A DNA stretch of 55,564 nt from a virus (Duplodnaviria > Caudoviricetes): IMG/VR virus record IMGVR_UViG_3300034251_000009, positions 1-55,564 of that record. One strand, written 5' to 3'. Both the position numbers and the translations under genes were made by a program. Below the pieces are notes generated by a model. The model ran no database searches and was not told where the DNA came from. It worked only from the letters and a program-made list of their open reading frames with translations. Below, in pieces: positions 42,736 through 52,502 of the stretch (position 1 is its first letter; the number at the start of each line of letters is the position of its first letter).

Positions 42736-43253
42736 CCGGCCTTTCGTGCCGCGCGGTATTCGCGGTGGTAGCGGATACGGGCAGCGACCAGATCGGGGTT
42801 GTTTTCGTAGCGTCTGCGGCTGTTGTCCCGACGGCAGACGCGGCAGTGACGAATGCCTCGCCAGGTGTAGACGTTGGCTTCGATGAGCAGGCTGTGACCG
42901 TTCACGCAGCAGTTCGTCCGCAGCGCTACAGCCGACTTGGCGGTACCGCGCCGTACGTTCTCGATGCCGTCTACCGGTTCGAGATGCTTGAACCGAGCAC
43001 AAGCAGGCGTGCGACAAAGATGGTCAAGTTCCAGCGGTGCGGGGTCGTACCCGGCCTGTGCCACCCAGAGAACCCGGTGCACGTAGAAGACGCTGCCGTC
43101 GAACGCCGCCCGGCCGTGACCTCGCGATCCCTTGGCGCCGGTCCATAGCAGGCAGGCGCCATCGCTGTCGTCGCTTGGCACAAGGCGAGCGGTCCACCGC
43201 GACGCCACCAGCCGAGCCTTCTCAACGTCGATCGCCTTCACGCGTTGGCCCAA
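42732..43253 (-). CDS. HNH homing endonuclease (paralogue of 11416 HNH)
   Basis: CLLWTG..GHG..HR..DHLCRTPACA..HLE.V..EN.RR; C.NGH..N.Y..CRVC. Confidence 0.85.
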   Translation of the reverse strand: MGQRVKAIDVEKARLVASRWTARLVPSDDSDGACLLWTGAKGSRGHGRAAFDGSVFYVHRVLWVAQAGYDPAPLELDHLCRTPACARFKHLEPVDGIENVRRGTAKSAVALRTNCCVNGHSLLIEANVYTWRGIRHCRVCRRDNSRRRYENNPDLVAARIRYHREYRAARKAG

Positions 43254-45127
43254 CGATCGCCGAGATCCAGGGAGTCACAGCGCAGGATCGGTGTACGGCC
43301 CGCCATCTTGATCAGCCGCTCGGGCGGTGCGGTCATGATCTTCTCGATGTCCCGGGCCGCTGCGGTGGAGACGACCAGCTCGTCGTGAACGGCCATGTAG
43401 AGCGCGTCGCCGAGCCCCGCTTCCTCTACGCGGACGAGGGCTTCCGCGAGGACGTCGTACGCCGAGCCCTGTACGAAGTAATTCACGGCCTTGTGCTTCT
43501 GCACCGATCGCTGGCCGTCGTACTCGCCCATCGGGACCGGGACGATCCGGCCGGACACGGTGAAGATCATGCGGTGCTGCCCGCCCAGCTCACGCAACCT
43601 CTTGAGCAGGCGCTCCACCTTCGGCATGGGGCGGAAGACCGCGCGCCGCAGCTCCCACCCTTGCTCCTCGGTGATGCCGAGCTTGCCGGCCAGCGCCTTC
43701 ATGCCCTCGCCGTACATCTGCGCAAGCAGGATGACCTTGGCCTTCTTGCGGTCGACGCCGGCCTTCTGGGCGATGGTCGTGTAGAGGTCGGAGGTGCCGG
43801 CCTCGTATCCCTCCAGTACGCCGTGGTCGCGGGCGATGTTGGCGGCCACGACGGGTTCGATCTGCGACCAGTCGATGGAGGTCATCGAGTCGCCGACGTC
43901 CGCCATGAGCGTGCCCCGCGCGCCCATCTTGAGCACGGCGCCGGTGTCCTCGTCGACCCTGTCGCCGGGGAACTGCTGCAGCGGAGGGTCGGAGACCGAC
44001 ATGCGCCCGGTGACCGCGGCGAGCAGCGAGGTGGTCGGGTGGATCCGGTTGTCGTTGTCCGAGAGGTCGACCACCTTGGCGAGGTAGTCCTTGTCGATCT
44101 TCTCGTTCTTCTTGAGCTGGCTGAACGCCTGGGCGACCGGGTGGTGCAGCGTTTCCAGGTGGCCGGCCTGGCCCGACGGTTTGCCGGTCTTCGGGGTGCG
44201 GGGGTAGTCGTCGGGTACCAGCTCGTTGGCCTCCAGGTAGGTGATCAGCGAGTTGTTGTTGCCCTCCGCTATCCCTACCTCGGCGAGCAGGTCCCGGTAG
44301 CCGGTGTTCTCCTCCCCCACGGTGTCCCGGTAGCGGTCCAGATAGTCCAGGTCGACGCGGATGCCGGCGGATGCCCGCCGCAGGAACATGCGGTTGAGCA
44401 CCTGCTCGCGCTCGATCAGTCGTTCCGCCTCGGTACCGGTGACAGCCCATCCGAACGGCCCGCCGTTGTCGGTGTGTGCGTCCTGGGTCCGGGACAACGC
44501 CGCGGCCCGGCACAGCGGGAGTAGCCGGGCGGTGGAGATGACGTCGATCGCCACGCCCATGACGTACACCGGCCGGTCGAGGTCGAACTCCAGCCAGCCG
44601 TCGCTTTGCTTCTTCACGCCGGCTGCCTTGAACGCCGTGGCGAGGATGTCCTTGCCGGTGCCGCCGAGGTATCGGGCGGAGGCGGCGAGCAGGCCCTTGC
44701 TGGTGCGCTCGTCGGGCTCGGCCAGGCGGCAGTAGATGAGGGTGTCGACGACCTTGTTGATGTCCGCGTGGCGCATGTAGCCGTTGCGGACCAGCAGCGG
44801 GACGTCGAACGGGGCGTTGTGCAGCACGATCACCCGGGCGTCGGACAGAGCCTGCACGAGGATGCCGCGCTGGTAAGGGTCGCGGGGGTCGAGAACCACG
44901 GCGTGCCGGGAGTTGCCGATGGCCACGGCCTTGATCCGCATGGCGAGCACGCCGAGGCCGTCGGTCTCGATGTCGACCGAGAGCGGCTCGGGAGAGTTGA
45001 CGACCTGCTCGACGGCAGCTGCGACGTGGTCTCGGCCGATGGTGTAGACGGCATCGAGCTGTGGCAGCGAGAACGTGCCGGAACTGCCGGGGCGGACGTC
45101 CGTCCGCATTTCCCGGGTGATCGTCAT
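43238..45127 (-). CDS. Family A DNA polymerase with 3'-5' exonuclease
   Basis: DIET, HNAPFD exonuclease motifs; TGRMS..PPLQQ, DWSQIE, RKKAKVILLAQMYG, NYFVQGSA, VHDE. Confidence 0.95.
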   Translation of the reverse strand: MTITREMRTDVRPGSSGTFSLPQLDAVYTIGRDHVAAAVEQVVNSPEPLSVDIETDGLGVLAMRIKAVAIGNSRHAVVLDPRDPYQRGILVQALSDARVIVLHNAPFDVPLLVRNGYMRHADINKVVDTLIYCRLAEPDERTSKGLLAASARYLGGTGKDILATAFKAAGVKKQSDGWLEFDLDRPVYVMGVAIDVISTARLLPLCRAAALSRTQDAHTDNGGPFGWAVTGTEAERLIEREQVLNRMFLRRASAGIRVDLDYLDRYRDTVGEENTGYRDLLAEVGIAEGNNNSLITYLEANELVPDDYPRTPKTGKPSGQAGHLETLHHPVAQAFSQLKKNEKIDKDYLAKVVDLSDNDNRIHPTTSLLAAVTGRMSVSDPPLQQFPGDRVDEDTGAVLKMGARGTLMADVGDSMTSIDWSQIEPVVAANIARDHGVLEGYEAGTSDLYTTIAQKAGVDRKKAKVILLAQMYGEGMKALAGKLGITEEQGWELRRAVFRPMPKVERLLKRLRELGGQHRMIFTVSGRIVPVPMGEYDGQRSVQKHKAVNYFVQGSAYDVLAEALVRVEEAGLGDALYMAVHDELVVSTAAARDIEKIMTAPPERLIKMAGRTPILRCDSLDLGDRWANA

Positions 45128-45238
45128 GGCGTTTCTCCTTGTCCAGCTATTTCTGAAGGTGCGAGGTGGGCGGGGCTGGATCGGGGAAGGACCCAGCCCC
45201 GCCCGGTTACCGGTGGGACCCAGAACCGCTGGCAGGGA

Positions 45239-45961
45239 CTAGAACGGCGGAGGATCGTCATCCGCCGGCGCCGGCCGGCCGTTGAGCACCGTCGAGCTGG
45301 CGTGGTTGGCCAGGCCGGGGATGGGCTGAGCCGCGGGGGCCGCCGGCGGGACGAACGCCTGAGCCACGGCCGTGCCGGCGTTGCGCGCGGCCTCCCACTT
45401 GCCGAGCTCGGCCTGCTTGTCGTAGCGCTGCCCACCGACCAGCCACGGCATCTCGTCGACCGGCTTGCCGGTCCCGGGGCCGCCGGCCGGCGGGGTGTAC
45501 TCGGCCGTCCAGGTGTTGGTCTTCGGGCCGTTGCCGTCGCGGACTTGCTCCCCGGAGATCAGGAAGAAGGTCCCGCCGATCTCCAGGCCGACCCGGTGGG
45601 CCTTGGCCTTCTTCAGCGCGATCGCGACGGCGTCGCCGCCGCGCTTGCCCTCGAGCAGGGTGTTGCGGCGTCCCTTGCGCGGGTCGACGAAGATCCGGCG
45701 CTCGGTGTCGCCGTTCTCGTCCTCCACCCCGGTGTCGACGGTGATCTCCCACTGGGTGATGGGGTCATTGGGCTTGCCGTCGGGGCCGAACGGGGCGTAG
45801 GACTTCTTCCACTTGCCGTCGTCACCCTGCTCCAGGTACAGCGGGCGCTTGTCGTCGTAGTCGATGGTCTGCACGATCCGGAAGTCGACGATCTCGCCGC
45901 CGTGCCGGTCGCCCGGGTTGACGAACTTGGCGTACGGGGCACTGCTGACGCCGATGGGCAT
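45239..45961 (-). CDS. Putative single-stranded DNA-binding protein
   Basis: KF..PGD..G.I N-terminus, acidic DDDPPPF C-terminus, replication context. Confidence 0.65.
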   Translation of the reverse strand: MPIGVSSAPYAKFVNPGDRHGGEIVDFRIVQTIDYDDKRPLYLEQGDDGKWKKSYAPFGPDGKPNDPITQWEITVDTGVEDENGDTERRIFVDPRKGRRNTLLEGKRGGDAVAIALKKAKAHRVGLEIGGTFFLISGEQVRDGNGPKTNTWTAEYTPPAGGPGTGKPVDEMPWLVGGQRYDKQAELGKWEAARNAGTAVAQAFVPPAAPAAQPIPGLANHASSTVLNGRPAPADDDPPPF

Positions 45962-46107
45962 CTCGTTCTCCTTGAATCAGGGGGGGTGTCAGGTGTTCAG
46001 GCCGACAGAGGGGTGTGGTTGGTGTTGCCGCCAGAGCCACCCTCGGGCGACCTCCGGCCCTTCGCGATGTAGCCCATGAGGGCCTCCTTCTGAGGAGCGG
46101 ATGGATG

Positions 46108-47130
46108 TCAGTTGGTGCTGATCAGCTCGGCCTTACGGGCCCGAGCGGCTTCGGTGTGCTCCGGGGTCCACAGCCCGCGCCCGTGCAGGTCGCGCCAGAG
46201 CGCGGTGAGGGCGTCGGGGTGGCCGGCGGAGCGGATGAGCTGGATGGCGTGAGTGGTGGGCGCCGCGGGCCGTGCCACGTGCGGCCAGCCCAGGGCCTTG
46301 CTGCGCGCCCGCAGCCGCCGCACCTCGGCGGCGGTCTGGGCGGCTTCCCAGCCCACCCGCAGGTCGATCTCGTAGAGGTCGCAGCGGGCGGCGCCGACCG
46401 GGACGTGCATGACCAGCCCGGTGGACCGGTCGAGGTCGGCCGGCAGCGGCTCGAGCACGCCGGAGTCGGGGTCGACGATGCCGTCGGCGTTGGCGTACTG
46501 GGCCAGCTGGCAGCAGATCTCCAGCCAGCCGAAGTCCACCGACTGCTGGCTCTTCACGTCGGCGACGACCAGCCGGCCGTCGGCCAGCCGGACGATCCGG
46601 TCGAAGGTGCCGGCGGACTCGGTGACCGAGTTGACGACCACCCTTTCGATCCACGCGGCCGGCCGGAGGATCCCGGCGGCGTCCATGGTGGTGGTGTAGG
46701 CGGCCAGGTCGGCGAGCTCGGCCTCGGTGGCCAGGTGGCGCACCTCGTCGAGCCGGCCGGCGTCGGCGTACTCGGTGAGCGTGTGGGCCTCGGTGCCGGC
46801 CTCACTGCCAGCGTCGGCCCCGGCCTCGTGCGCCGCCTCGTCGCAGAGTGCGTCGAGCAGGGCCTTGGCCTCGCGGGCGGCCCGCCAGTCCGGCGCCGCC
46901 TCGATGGCCGCTGCTAGCTCCGGGATCCGCTCGAGCAGCGCGGGCGCCAGCGCCAGTCCCTCGGCGACCTTGCGCCGCTTCCACCCGATCAGCCCGTTGA
47001 GGTCCTTGAGCGCGCCGACCACGGTGGTCGCCCGGGTCCAGGACACCTTCCGGCCGTTGGCGTCGGGCAGGACGTATCGGCCGTAGCGGTCCCGGTCCGG
47101 TTCCGGACGCATCGACGGGATCTTGTTCAT
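46108..47130 (-). CDS. PD-(D/E)xK exonuclease (RecE/Cas4-like)
   Basis: RDRYGRY..RATT..GT.AH..E..AGTFDR..ADVKS..QLAQYA. Confidence 0.85.
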   Translation of the reverse strand: MNKIPSMRPEPDRDRYGRYVLPDANGRKVSWTRATTVVGALKDLNGLIGWKRRKVAEGLALAPALLERIPELAAAIEAAPDWRAAREAKALLDALCDEAAHEAGADAGSEAGTEAHTLTEYADAGRLDEVRHLATEAELADLAAYTTTMDAAGILRPAAWIERVVVNSVTESAGTFDRIVRLADGRLVVADVKSQQSVDFGWLEICCQLAQYANADGIVDPDSGVLEPLPADLDRSTGLVMHVPVGAARCDLYEIDLRVGWEAAQTAAEVRRLRARSKALGWPHVARPAAPTTHAIQLIRSAGHPDALTALWRDLHGRGLWTPEHTEAARARKAELISTN

Positions 47131-47702
47131 GCGCCCACCAGCTCGTGGTCGACGCGGCGGCCGCCCGGCCCGTAGAGGGTGGGCAGGCCGAGCCGTTTGC
47201 GGATGCGGACGATGGCACCGGGGTGCAGGCCGACGCGCAGCGCGATGACCGCGTCAGGCAGCTCCCTGGCCCACAGCTCACGGATCTCGGTGTCGATGCG
47301 CACCTTCTCGGCCGCGGCGGCTGCGTCGCGTGCGGACCGCTGCTCGGCCTTGCGCTCGGCGGCGGGCCTGACCCGCTCGGTGGTTCTGGCGGCGGGCCGG
47401 CCGTATTCGGCGACGGCGCGTTCGTAGTCCTCGGCGCCACCGATGACGTAGCCGGCCCACACCCCGCCGCTCTCGTGGGCGACGGCCCAGGTGCCGCAGG
47501 CCCGCCGTACGGGGCAGAAACCGCAGATCTGCTTGGCGCGGTTCTGCTCGCCGCGGTTCTCGCTGACGAACAGCCAGGAGTTGCCGGGGTTGCAGGCGCG
47601 GCGGGGGTCGTCGGCGAAGGCGGGTGCGTCGGCGAGTTCGAGTCCGCCGCCGGTGGGGCCGGCGAGGCGGTGGCCGCTTAGCCGCAGGGGTCGAGTGCTC
47701 AT
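47127..47702 (-). CDS. whiB: WhiB-family transcription factor with C-terminal HTH
   Basis: C..LF..AKQICGFCPVRRAC..A..GVWAG. Confidence 0.9.
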   Translation of the reverse strand: MSTRPLRLSGHRLAGPTGGGLELADAPAFADDPRRACNPGNSWLFVSENRGEQNRAKQICGFCPVRRACGTWAVAHESGGVWAGYVIGGAEDYERAVAEYGRPAARTTERVRPAAERKAEQRSARDAAAAAEKVRIDTEIRELWARELPDAVIALRVGLHPGAIVRIRKRLGLPTLYGPGGRRVDHELVGA

Positions 47703-48379
47703 CGGGCCACCGCCTCGGCGGCGCGGCGCGCCTTGTTGGCGGCCCTGGTGGCGGCGGAGATACGCCCCCGCATCCGTTCCATGAGGTTCGGCTCACCGAT
47801 GAGCTCGAGCTCCGGTGCCTTGACGACCACCTCGCCGGGTGAGCCGTCGTTCATCTTGCGGACCCGGGCGATTCGATCAGCGTCGTCGCGGTGGTAGCGG
47901 CCGGCGCACATCATGTCGGTCGTATAGCCGCGCTCGTCCGGCTTCCACCAGGCGTCGTGGAACCGAGACCAGATCAGCCAGCCGTCACTGCGGATGACGG
48001 CGCGGCTGACCGCTTCCAGGTCCCGGCCGTACAGCGGTGCCCCGCCGGTGACGTCGTAGAGACCGTCGCCGAACTCGGTGACGTACGCACGGATCCGCTC
48101 TGCGGCGCGCGTGGCGTCCGGGATGGTGCGGTCGTCCAGCTCGGCGATGCCGTCCGGCTGGTGCGGGACCGGCTCGACGTGGGTCAGAGCGACGCAGGAC
48201 GCTTCGCCGGTGACCCAGACGACAGGCGTGTGCCCGCTGAGTAGCGCGGCCGCGGATCGGGTCGTGCTGAACTTTCCGCGACCCTCGCGGACGCCGGTCC
48301 AGTACTGAACGTGGGCGCCGATCATGTTGTCGCGGTTGAAGGCGTCGACCGCGTCGGCGGTCCTCTTGGTGGTGCTCAT
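47699..48379 (-). CDS. Hypothetical multi-domain phage protein
   Basis: TRSAA.LLSGHTPVVWV..CVALTHV and WLIWS..WW..GYT..AGRY modules. Confidence 0.75.
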   Translation of the reverse strand: MSTTKRTADAVDAFNRDNMIGAHVQYWTGVREGRGKFSTTRSAAALLSGHTPVVWVTGEASCVALTHVEPVPHQPDGIAELDDRTIPDATRAAERIRAYVTEFGDGLYDVTGGAPLYGRDLEAVSRAVIRSDGWLIWSRFHDAWWKPDERGYTTDMMCAGRYHRDDADRIARVRKMNDGSPGEVVVKAPELELIGEPNLMERMRGRISAATRAANKARRAAEAVAR

Positions 48380-48705
48380 CGGGTCCTCCCGTTGCGGGTG
48401 GTGGGTTCGGGGGATTTGCGGGGCTGCGGGATCCGGGCCGGTCCGGCGTTGGTCGGCCGGCGGCGGGGCAGGGCGGCAGCGGCGGGCATGCTTTCGAGGC
48501 GCAGCCCGGCGGTGATGACGTAGATGGTTCGGTGGTCGACGGCGTGGTCGCGGTCGTCGAGCTCGTAGCCGACGAGGTGGCTGCCTGCGCCGACGACCTC
48601 ATCGACGTGGGCGAGCCGGAACCGGATGGGCCGGAAGCCGTGGGGTACGCCGCAGGCGGCGCCGACCCGGTAGATGGCGCCGGGGATCAGCTCGGGGGCG
48701 GTCAT
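48376..48705 (-). CDS. Hypothetical protein of a Micromonosporaceae-type family
   Basis: RPIRFRL..L.GYELD..AVDHRTIYV..AGL. Confidence 0.7.
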   Translation of the reverse strand: MTAPELIPGAIYRVGAACGVPHGFRPIRFRLAHVDEVVGAGSHLVGYELDDRDHAVDHRTIYVITAGLRLESMPAAAALPRRRPTNAGPARIPQPRKSPEPTTRNGRTR

Positions 48706-49073
48706 CGGCCCTCCCCGTTGGCGTGCCGTTCGAGGGCTTCGAGGACTTCGGCGACGGTGTCCGCGGGCAGCCCGGGCTGAGCCGGCAGGAACTCGGTCCA
48801 GCGGGGCAGCCGGACAGTGTCGTCCTGGCCGCTGAGGAGTTCGTTGACGGCGTGGATGGCGGTGTCGCGCTGCTGGGCGATCTGGCTCAGGTCGTGGTCG
48901 GCCTGGGCCCGGGCCGCCCGGGCGTCGTGCAACTTGCACGTGGCCACGTCGCGTTCCTTGCGGGCTTCGTCGCGCTGCCAGATGAGGTCGCCGCGGGCGA
49001 GGACCAGGATCAGGACGGCGACCCCGAGGGTGATGATGAGCATGGCCGCGACGCCGAAGATGACGACGGTCAT
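48702..49073 (-). CDS. TM-anchored coiled-coil protein
   Basis: N-terminal TM then xRDxA heptads. Confidence 0.7.
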   Translation of the reverse strand: MTVVIFGVAAMLIITLGVAVLILVLARGDLIWQRDEARKERDVATCKLHDARAARAQADHDLSQIAQQRDTAIHAVNELLSGQDDTVRLPRWTEFLPAQPGLPADTVAEVLEALERHANGEGR

Positions 49074-49753
49074 GCCGTCACCTCGCTCGCTGCCAGGTGA
49101 CGGAGGAGCTGGGCGCCGATGAACTGGGTGTAGACCGGCGGGATGGATTCGCGGGCCCCGTCGCGGTTCATCCAGGTCACGCCCATGTCGCGCTTGACGT
49201 AGCCTTCGCCGCCGTTGAAGTTGCCGACGGCGTGGTACCAGTCGCCGTCGCGGACGGGGCGGCCCATCTTCACCGTCGGGTGCAGGTGCCGCGGGTGCAG
49301 CGGCACGGTGAGTGGCATGCTGGATTCGAAGAGGCGGTGCCGGTAGGTGTGCAGGCCGAACATGGCCCCGCACAGCTTCACGGGGTCAATGAGCGGGTCG
49401 TCGTCGATGCCCTCGGCGGGGACGTTCTCGATGACGTAGGCGACGCCGGACGCGATCATCAGCTCGCGGGTGGGGGCGATCAGCTTCGGGTGCTCGCGGC
49501 CGCGGATCTTCTGCGCCTTGGTGCGCCGCTGGCACGGCGGTGAGCCTGCAACCAGGCGGACCGGCCGGCCACGCCAGGTCATCCCGGCGCCGATCAGGTC
49601 GGAGAGGAACACCAGTGCGTCGGCCTGGACAAACTCGTACGGGTAAAGCGGCTGCGGGTCCTTGTCGACGCCGAGCAGGTCGAATCCGGCCAGGTCGAAG
49701 CCGCGGGATGCGCCGCCCTGGCAGCAGTAGAGGTCGACGGCAAGGGGCCTCAT
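49070..49753 (-). CDS. Orphan C5 cytosine DNA methyltransferase-like protein
   Basis: DLYCCQGG (motif I variant), GSPPCQ (IV), VIENV (VI), RHRLFE, ESIPP. Confidence 0.85.
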   Translation of the reverse strand: MRPLAVDLYCCQGGASRGFDLAGFDLLGVDKDPQPLYPYEFVQADALVFLSDLIGAGMTWRGRPVRLVAGSPPCQRRTKAQKIRGREHPKLIAPTRELMIASGVAYVIENVPAEGIDDDPLIDPVKLCGAMFGLHTYRHRLFESSMPLTVPLHPRHLHPTVKMGRPVRDGDWYHAVGNFNGGEGYVKRDMGVTWMNRDGARESIPPVYTQFIGAQLLRHLAASEVTA

Positions 49754-49995
49754 GCGGTCACCTGCCACTGGCCGATGGCCAGCGCGGTCCAGACGGCTTC
49801 GGCGGCCGCGAGCCGGTACCGGTCGTTGTCGGTGGCCCGGCCGGCGGCGGTGGCCTCGCGGTACCGGTCGCCGGCCTGTTGGAGTTCGACGGCGGCCTGG
49901 TAGCGGGGCCCGCCGGCGGCGAGGAGTTCAGCGACGGCGGTTTGGCTGCGGGTTTTGTGGCGGACGGCGGTGTGGAGGCTGATGGGCTGGGTCAC
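49750..49995 (-). CDS. Hypothetical protein
   Basis: Coupled within early operon. Confidence 0.65.
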   Translation of the reverse strand: MTQPISLHTAVRHKTRSQTAVAELLAAGGPRYQAAVELQQAGDRYREATAAGRATDNDRYRLAAAEAVWTALAIGQWQVTA

Positions 49996-50336
49996 GACGC
50001 ACCGTCCTCAACCAGGACACAGCAGACCCGGCACGAGCACTCGTGGTTCATTGCTCCCGGCACGAACGGCAGGGAGCACGGCGTCGTGCCGTGGCAGAAG
50101 GATCCGCAGGCGCCGAACTGGACAGGCGTGAAGTCGTCCTTCTCGCTGGCGCAGGTGATGCACTGGCGGAGCACCCATGGGCGTTCGCCGCCGACGCCGT
50201 CGTCCCCTGGGAAACCGACGTGCCGCAGGTAGCGGTGGCCGGGCTGGATGACCGGCACAGCGTCCTCGCTGGAGTGCATCTGACAGAAGGAGCAGAAGTG
50301 CGCGATGCGGGCGGTGATGCCCTTCGTGCTGCTCAC
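49992..50336 (-). CDS. Cys-rich hypothetical protein
   Basis: HFCSFC..IQPGHRY..CITC..CRVC. Confidence 0.65.
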   Translation of the reverse strand: MSSTKGITARIAHFCSFCQMHSSEDAVPVIQPGHRYLRHVGFPGDDGVGGERPWVLRQCITCASEKDDFTPVQFGACGSFCHGTTPCSLPFVPGAMNHECSCRVCCVLVEDGAS

Positions 50337-50542
50337 CGCGCACCGCCGATCCCGGCCGTGACCGTGCGGCGGGCCCGCTCGTAGTCGACGAGTTCCCGTT
50401 CCCGGGCGCCGAGGTCGGTGGCGTAGTTGCCTTCGGCGCGGGCGGCGAGGTGCTCGAACTGCAGGTCGTCGGCGGTGCGCAGCTGCCGCTCGAAGTTGGC
50501 GAGGACGGTGTTGGTGAGTGCGGTCATCTGCTCGGGGCTCAT
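50333..50542 (-). CDS. Hypothetical protein
   Basis: ATGA coupling, RBS AGGAGG. Confidence 0.65.
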   Translation of the reverse strand: MSPEQMTALTNTVLANFERQLRTADDLQFEHLAARAEGNYATDLGARERELVDYERARRTVTAGIGGAR

Positions 50543-50700
50543 CGCTGCCTCCTGAACCATGCGTCCAGCGCCTGGTCCTCGGCTTTCATCCCAGCGCGGA
50601 ACCAGTCCTTGTCCCCTCGCGTCTTGGCGTCTGCGATCGCTTTGGCCTTCGCCGCCTCGGCGAGCTCGAGGGGGTTCTCGTCTGCAGGTTGACGGCTCAT
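50539..50700 (-). CDS. Hypothetical protein (53 aa)
   Basis: ATGA coupling on both sides. Confidence 0.6.
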   Translation of the reverse strand: MSRQPADENPLELAEAAKAKAIADAKTRGDKDWFRAGMKAEDQALDAWFRRQR

Positions 50701-51053
50701 CGGGTGCCGCCCGACTTCGCGGTGGACCCGATGAGCAGCTCGGAGAAGCCGCCCTCGTCGAACCGCTCGATGAACTCCTCGACCGCGTCCGGCGTGCGGA
50801 CCAGGCAGGTGTAGGCGCCGCCGTGGCCGAACCGCAGGGTGGCGATGTTGCCGCTGACCGCGACGGAGTGCAGGCCCAGGTCGGAGCGCATCAGGTAGGT
50901 GGCGATGGGGCAGGTGCCCTCGTTGCAGCGGTCCCCGCGGATCCCGGCGTCGACCAGGGTCCGGGCGATCGCGGCGGGGGTGTCGCCGAGGGCTGCGAGC
51001 AGCCGTGCGGCGCGGTCGCGGGTGGTGTCCGTGGTGGACACGACGGGGTTCAC
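50697..51053 (-). CDS. Hypothetical protein
   Basis: LG.T..IA..L..GIRG..CPIA.YL..P.AV..FI..FD.G. Confidence 0.75.
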   Translation of the reverse strand: MNPVVSTTDTTRDRAARLLAALGDTPAAIARTLVDAGIRGDRCNEGTCPIATYLMRSDLGLHSVAVSGNIATLRFGHGGAYTCLVRTPDAVEEFIERFDEGGFSELLIGSTAKSGGTR

Positions 51054-51415
51054 GCGTCATCACCGGCCTCACGGACGGCGCCGTGCACCACGTAGGTGAC
51101 GTGATAGGAGCCGAGGTCGGCGTCGTATCCGTGGGTCAGCTGGTAGCGCGCAGAGGCGGAGTTCGGGTCGAAGCGCATGTAGGAGGTCGCGCCCAGCTCC
51201 CCTTCGGTCAGTTCGAGCTTCTCGCCGACCGATCGGATGAGGTCGCGTCCCGCGTCGTCCAGGTCGCCGTAGATGGAGTGCTGGGCGTGGATGCTGTTCG
51301 GGACCGGCAGGTCCGGGTTGCTTTCGAGGAAGTCGGCGAGGGCGCGGATGCCGGCGACGACGTCGGCGCGGCGCTGCTCGGCGGACTCGGTGGGTGTGGT
51401 GGGCTGATCGGTCAT
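51050..51415 (-). CDS. Hypothetical protein
   Basis: GIRALADFLE.NPDLP motif. Confidence 0.75.
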   Translation of the reverse strand: MTDQPTTPTESAEQRRADVVAGIRALADFLESNPDLPVPNSIHAQHSIYGDLDDAGRDLIRSVGEKLELTEGELGATSYMRFDPNSASARYQLTHGYDADLGSYHVTYVVHGAVREAGDDA

Positions 51416-51573
51416 GGGATACTGCCCTTCGGTTGGTGCCCTCAGCGCTGCTTCGTGGCTGGTGCTGAGGGCATTGCTGTGTGGTGCGGGGGTTTGCGCC
51501 GCCCGGGCCGGACGGCGTCTCGCCGGCGCGGTAGGGACGGGCCGGAACGGGCACGGCCGACCCGGGCGGAGTT

Positions 51574-52338
51574 CTAGGTGACCGGGGCGCGCAACGCCTG
51601 CCAGGCCTGGTCGAACAGGGGGCGGTCGGCCTCGGTGTAGCCGTAGACCGAGCGCAGGGCGCCGTCGACGAACCGGTCCACCTTCTGCGGGTCGCGGCCG
51701 TGGGCGCCGACGTACAGGCCCTTGACGCGGACGCCGAGCTTGGTCGACACCGACCGCAGTTCGGAGCCCTTGATCCCCTTGTCCTGCAGGTATTCGCCGA
51801 CGGTCAGCGGACGGGACGCCGGGTCGATCTCGGGCTCTTCGCCCAGGGCGCGGGCCGCGACGTGCCGGGCCTTGGCCTCGAGCCAGGCGCCGTCGACCAG
51901 GCCGCGCAGCGACTGGAGCACGCGGGCCTGCCCCTCGGCCCGGTTGATGAGGTCGGCCAGCTGGTCCTCGGTGGCGCGGGAGTTGATCGCGCCGCCTTTG
52001 GTCCAGTACGCCTCGATGGCGTCCGCGACCTCGGACTGGTAGGCGATGAGGATCGGACGCGCCTCGTCGGAGACGCGCTTCTCGTCGATGGTGGCGAGGA
52101 GCATCAGGAAGGTCCGGACGTCAACGGTGGCGTGCTCGCGGGCCTGGATGTCGCCGGGGACCTGCGTAGTCACCGTGACTACGCGGCCCCAGGACCTGCC
52201 TTTGAGCTTGCGCAGCTGGTTGGAGTAGTTGATCCCCAGAGGCTCGACGGCTGGCCGCAGGAAGATCTGGGGTTTGCCGTCGACGTCGGTCGCGAGGACC
52301 TCGCCGCCGTTGAAAGGGATGCGAACGATGTCGGTCAT
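51574..52338 (-). CDS. Phage antirepressor (P22 Ant N-terminal-like)
   Basis: IPFNG..LRP.VE.LGI.Y.NQ.RKLK..LATI..V..YQ.E..YW..G.AIN. Confidence 0.85.
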   Translation of the reverse strand: MTDIVRIPFNGGEVLATDVDGKPQIFLRPAVEPLGINYSNQLRKLKGRSWGRVVTVTTQVPGDIQAREHATVDVRTFLMLLATIDEKRVSDEARPILIAYQSEVADAIEAYWTKGGAINSRATEDQLADLINRAEGQARVLQSLRGLVDGAWLEAKARHVAARALGEEPEIDPASRPLTVGEYLQDKGIKGSELRSVSTKLGVRVKGLYVGAHGRDPQKVDRFVDGALRSVYGYTEADRPLFDQAWQALRAPVT

Positions 52339-52502
52339 GCTGCTGTCCTCTGCGGGTCAGCCGGGTCCGACTGGGAGCACGTGGTCGCGGCCTTGCGGGC
52401 GGCGATGGCGACGCGGATCCGGGCGAGGGTGGCGCTGAGTCGCTCGGTGACCTCGCGGCCCTTGTCGCTGTCGGGGTCCAGCGGTGTGACCTGGGCGGGC
52501 AT
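52335..52502 (-). CDS. Small hypothetical protein (55 aa)
   Basis: TGATG and ATGA coupling between cro and antirepressor. Confidence 0.6.
   Translation of the reverse strand: MPAQVTPLDPDSDKGREVTERLSATLARIRVAIAARKAATTCSQSDPADPQRTAA

Noticed and set aside
42736-43017. N-terminal extension of the primase (989-aa ORF) or an intein/intron
   Set aside because: It overlaps the HNH gene in another frame; a GTGA-coupled start at 42735 explains the gene; no intein terminal motifs seen.
46108-47130. Cas4-like nuclease as part of a CRISPR system
   Set aside because: It sits in the recombination/replication operon beside the SSB-like gene; no array or other cas genes.
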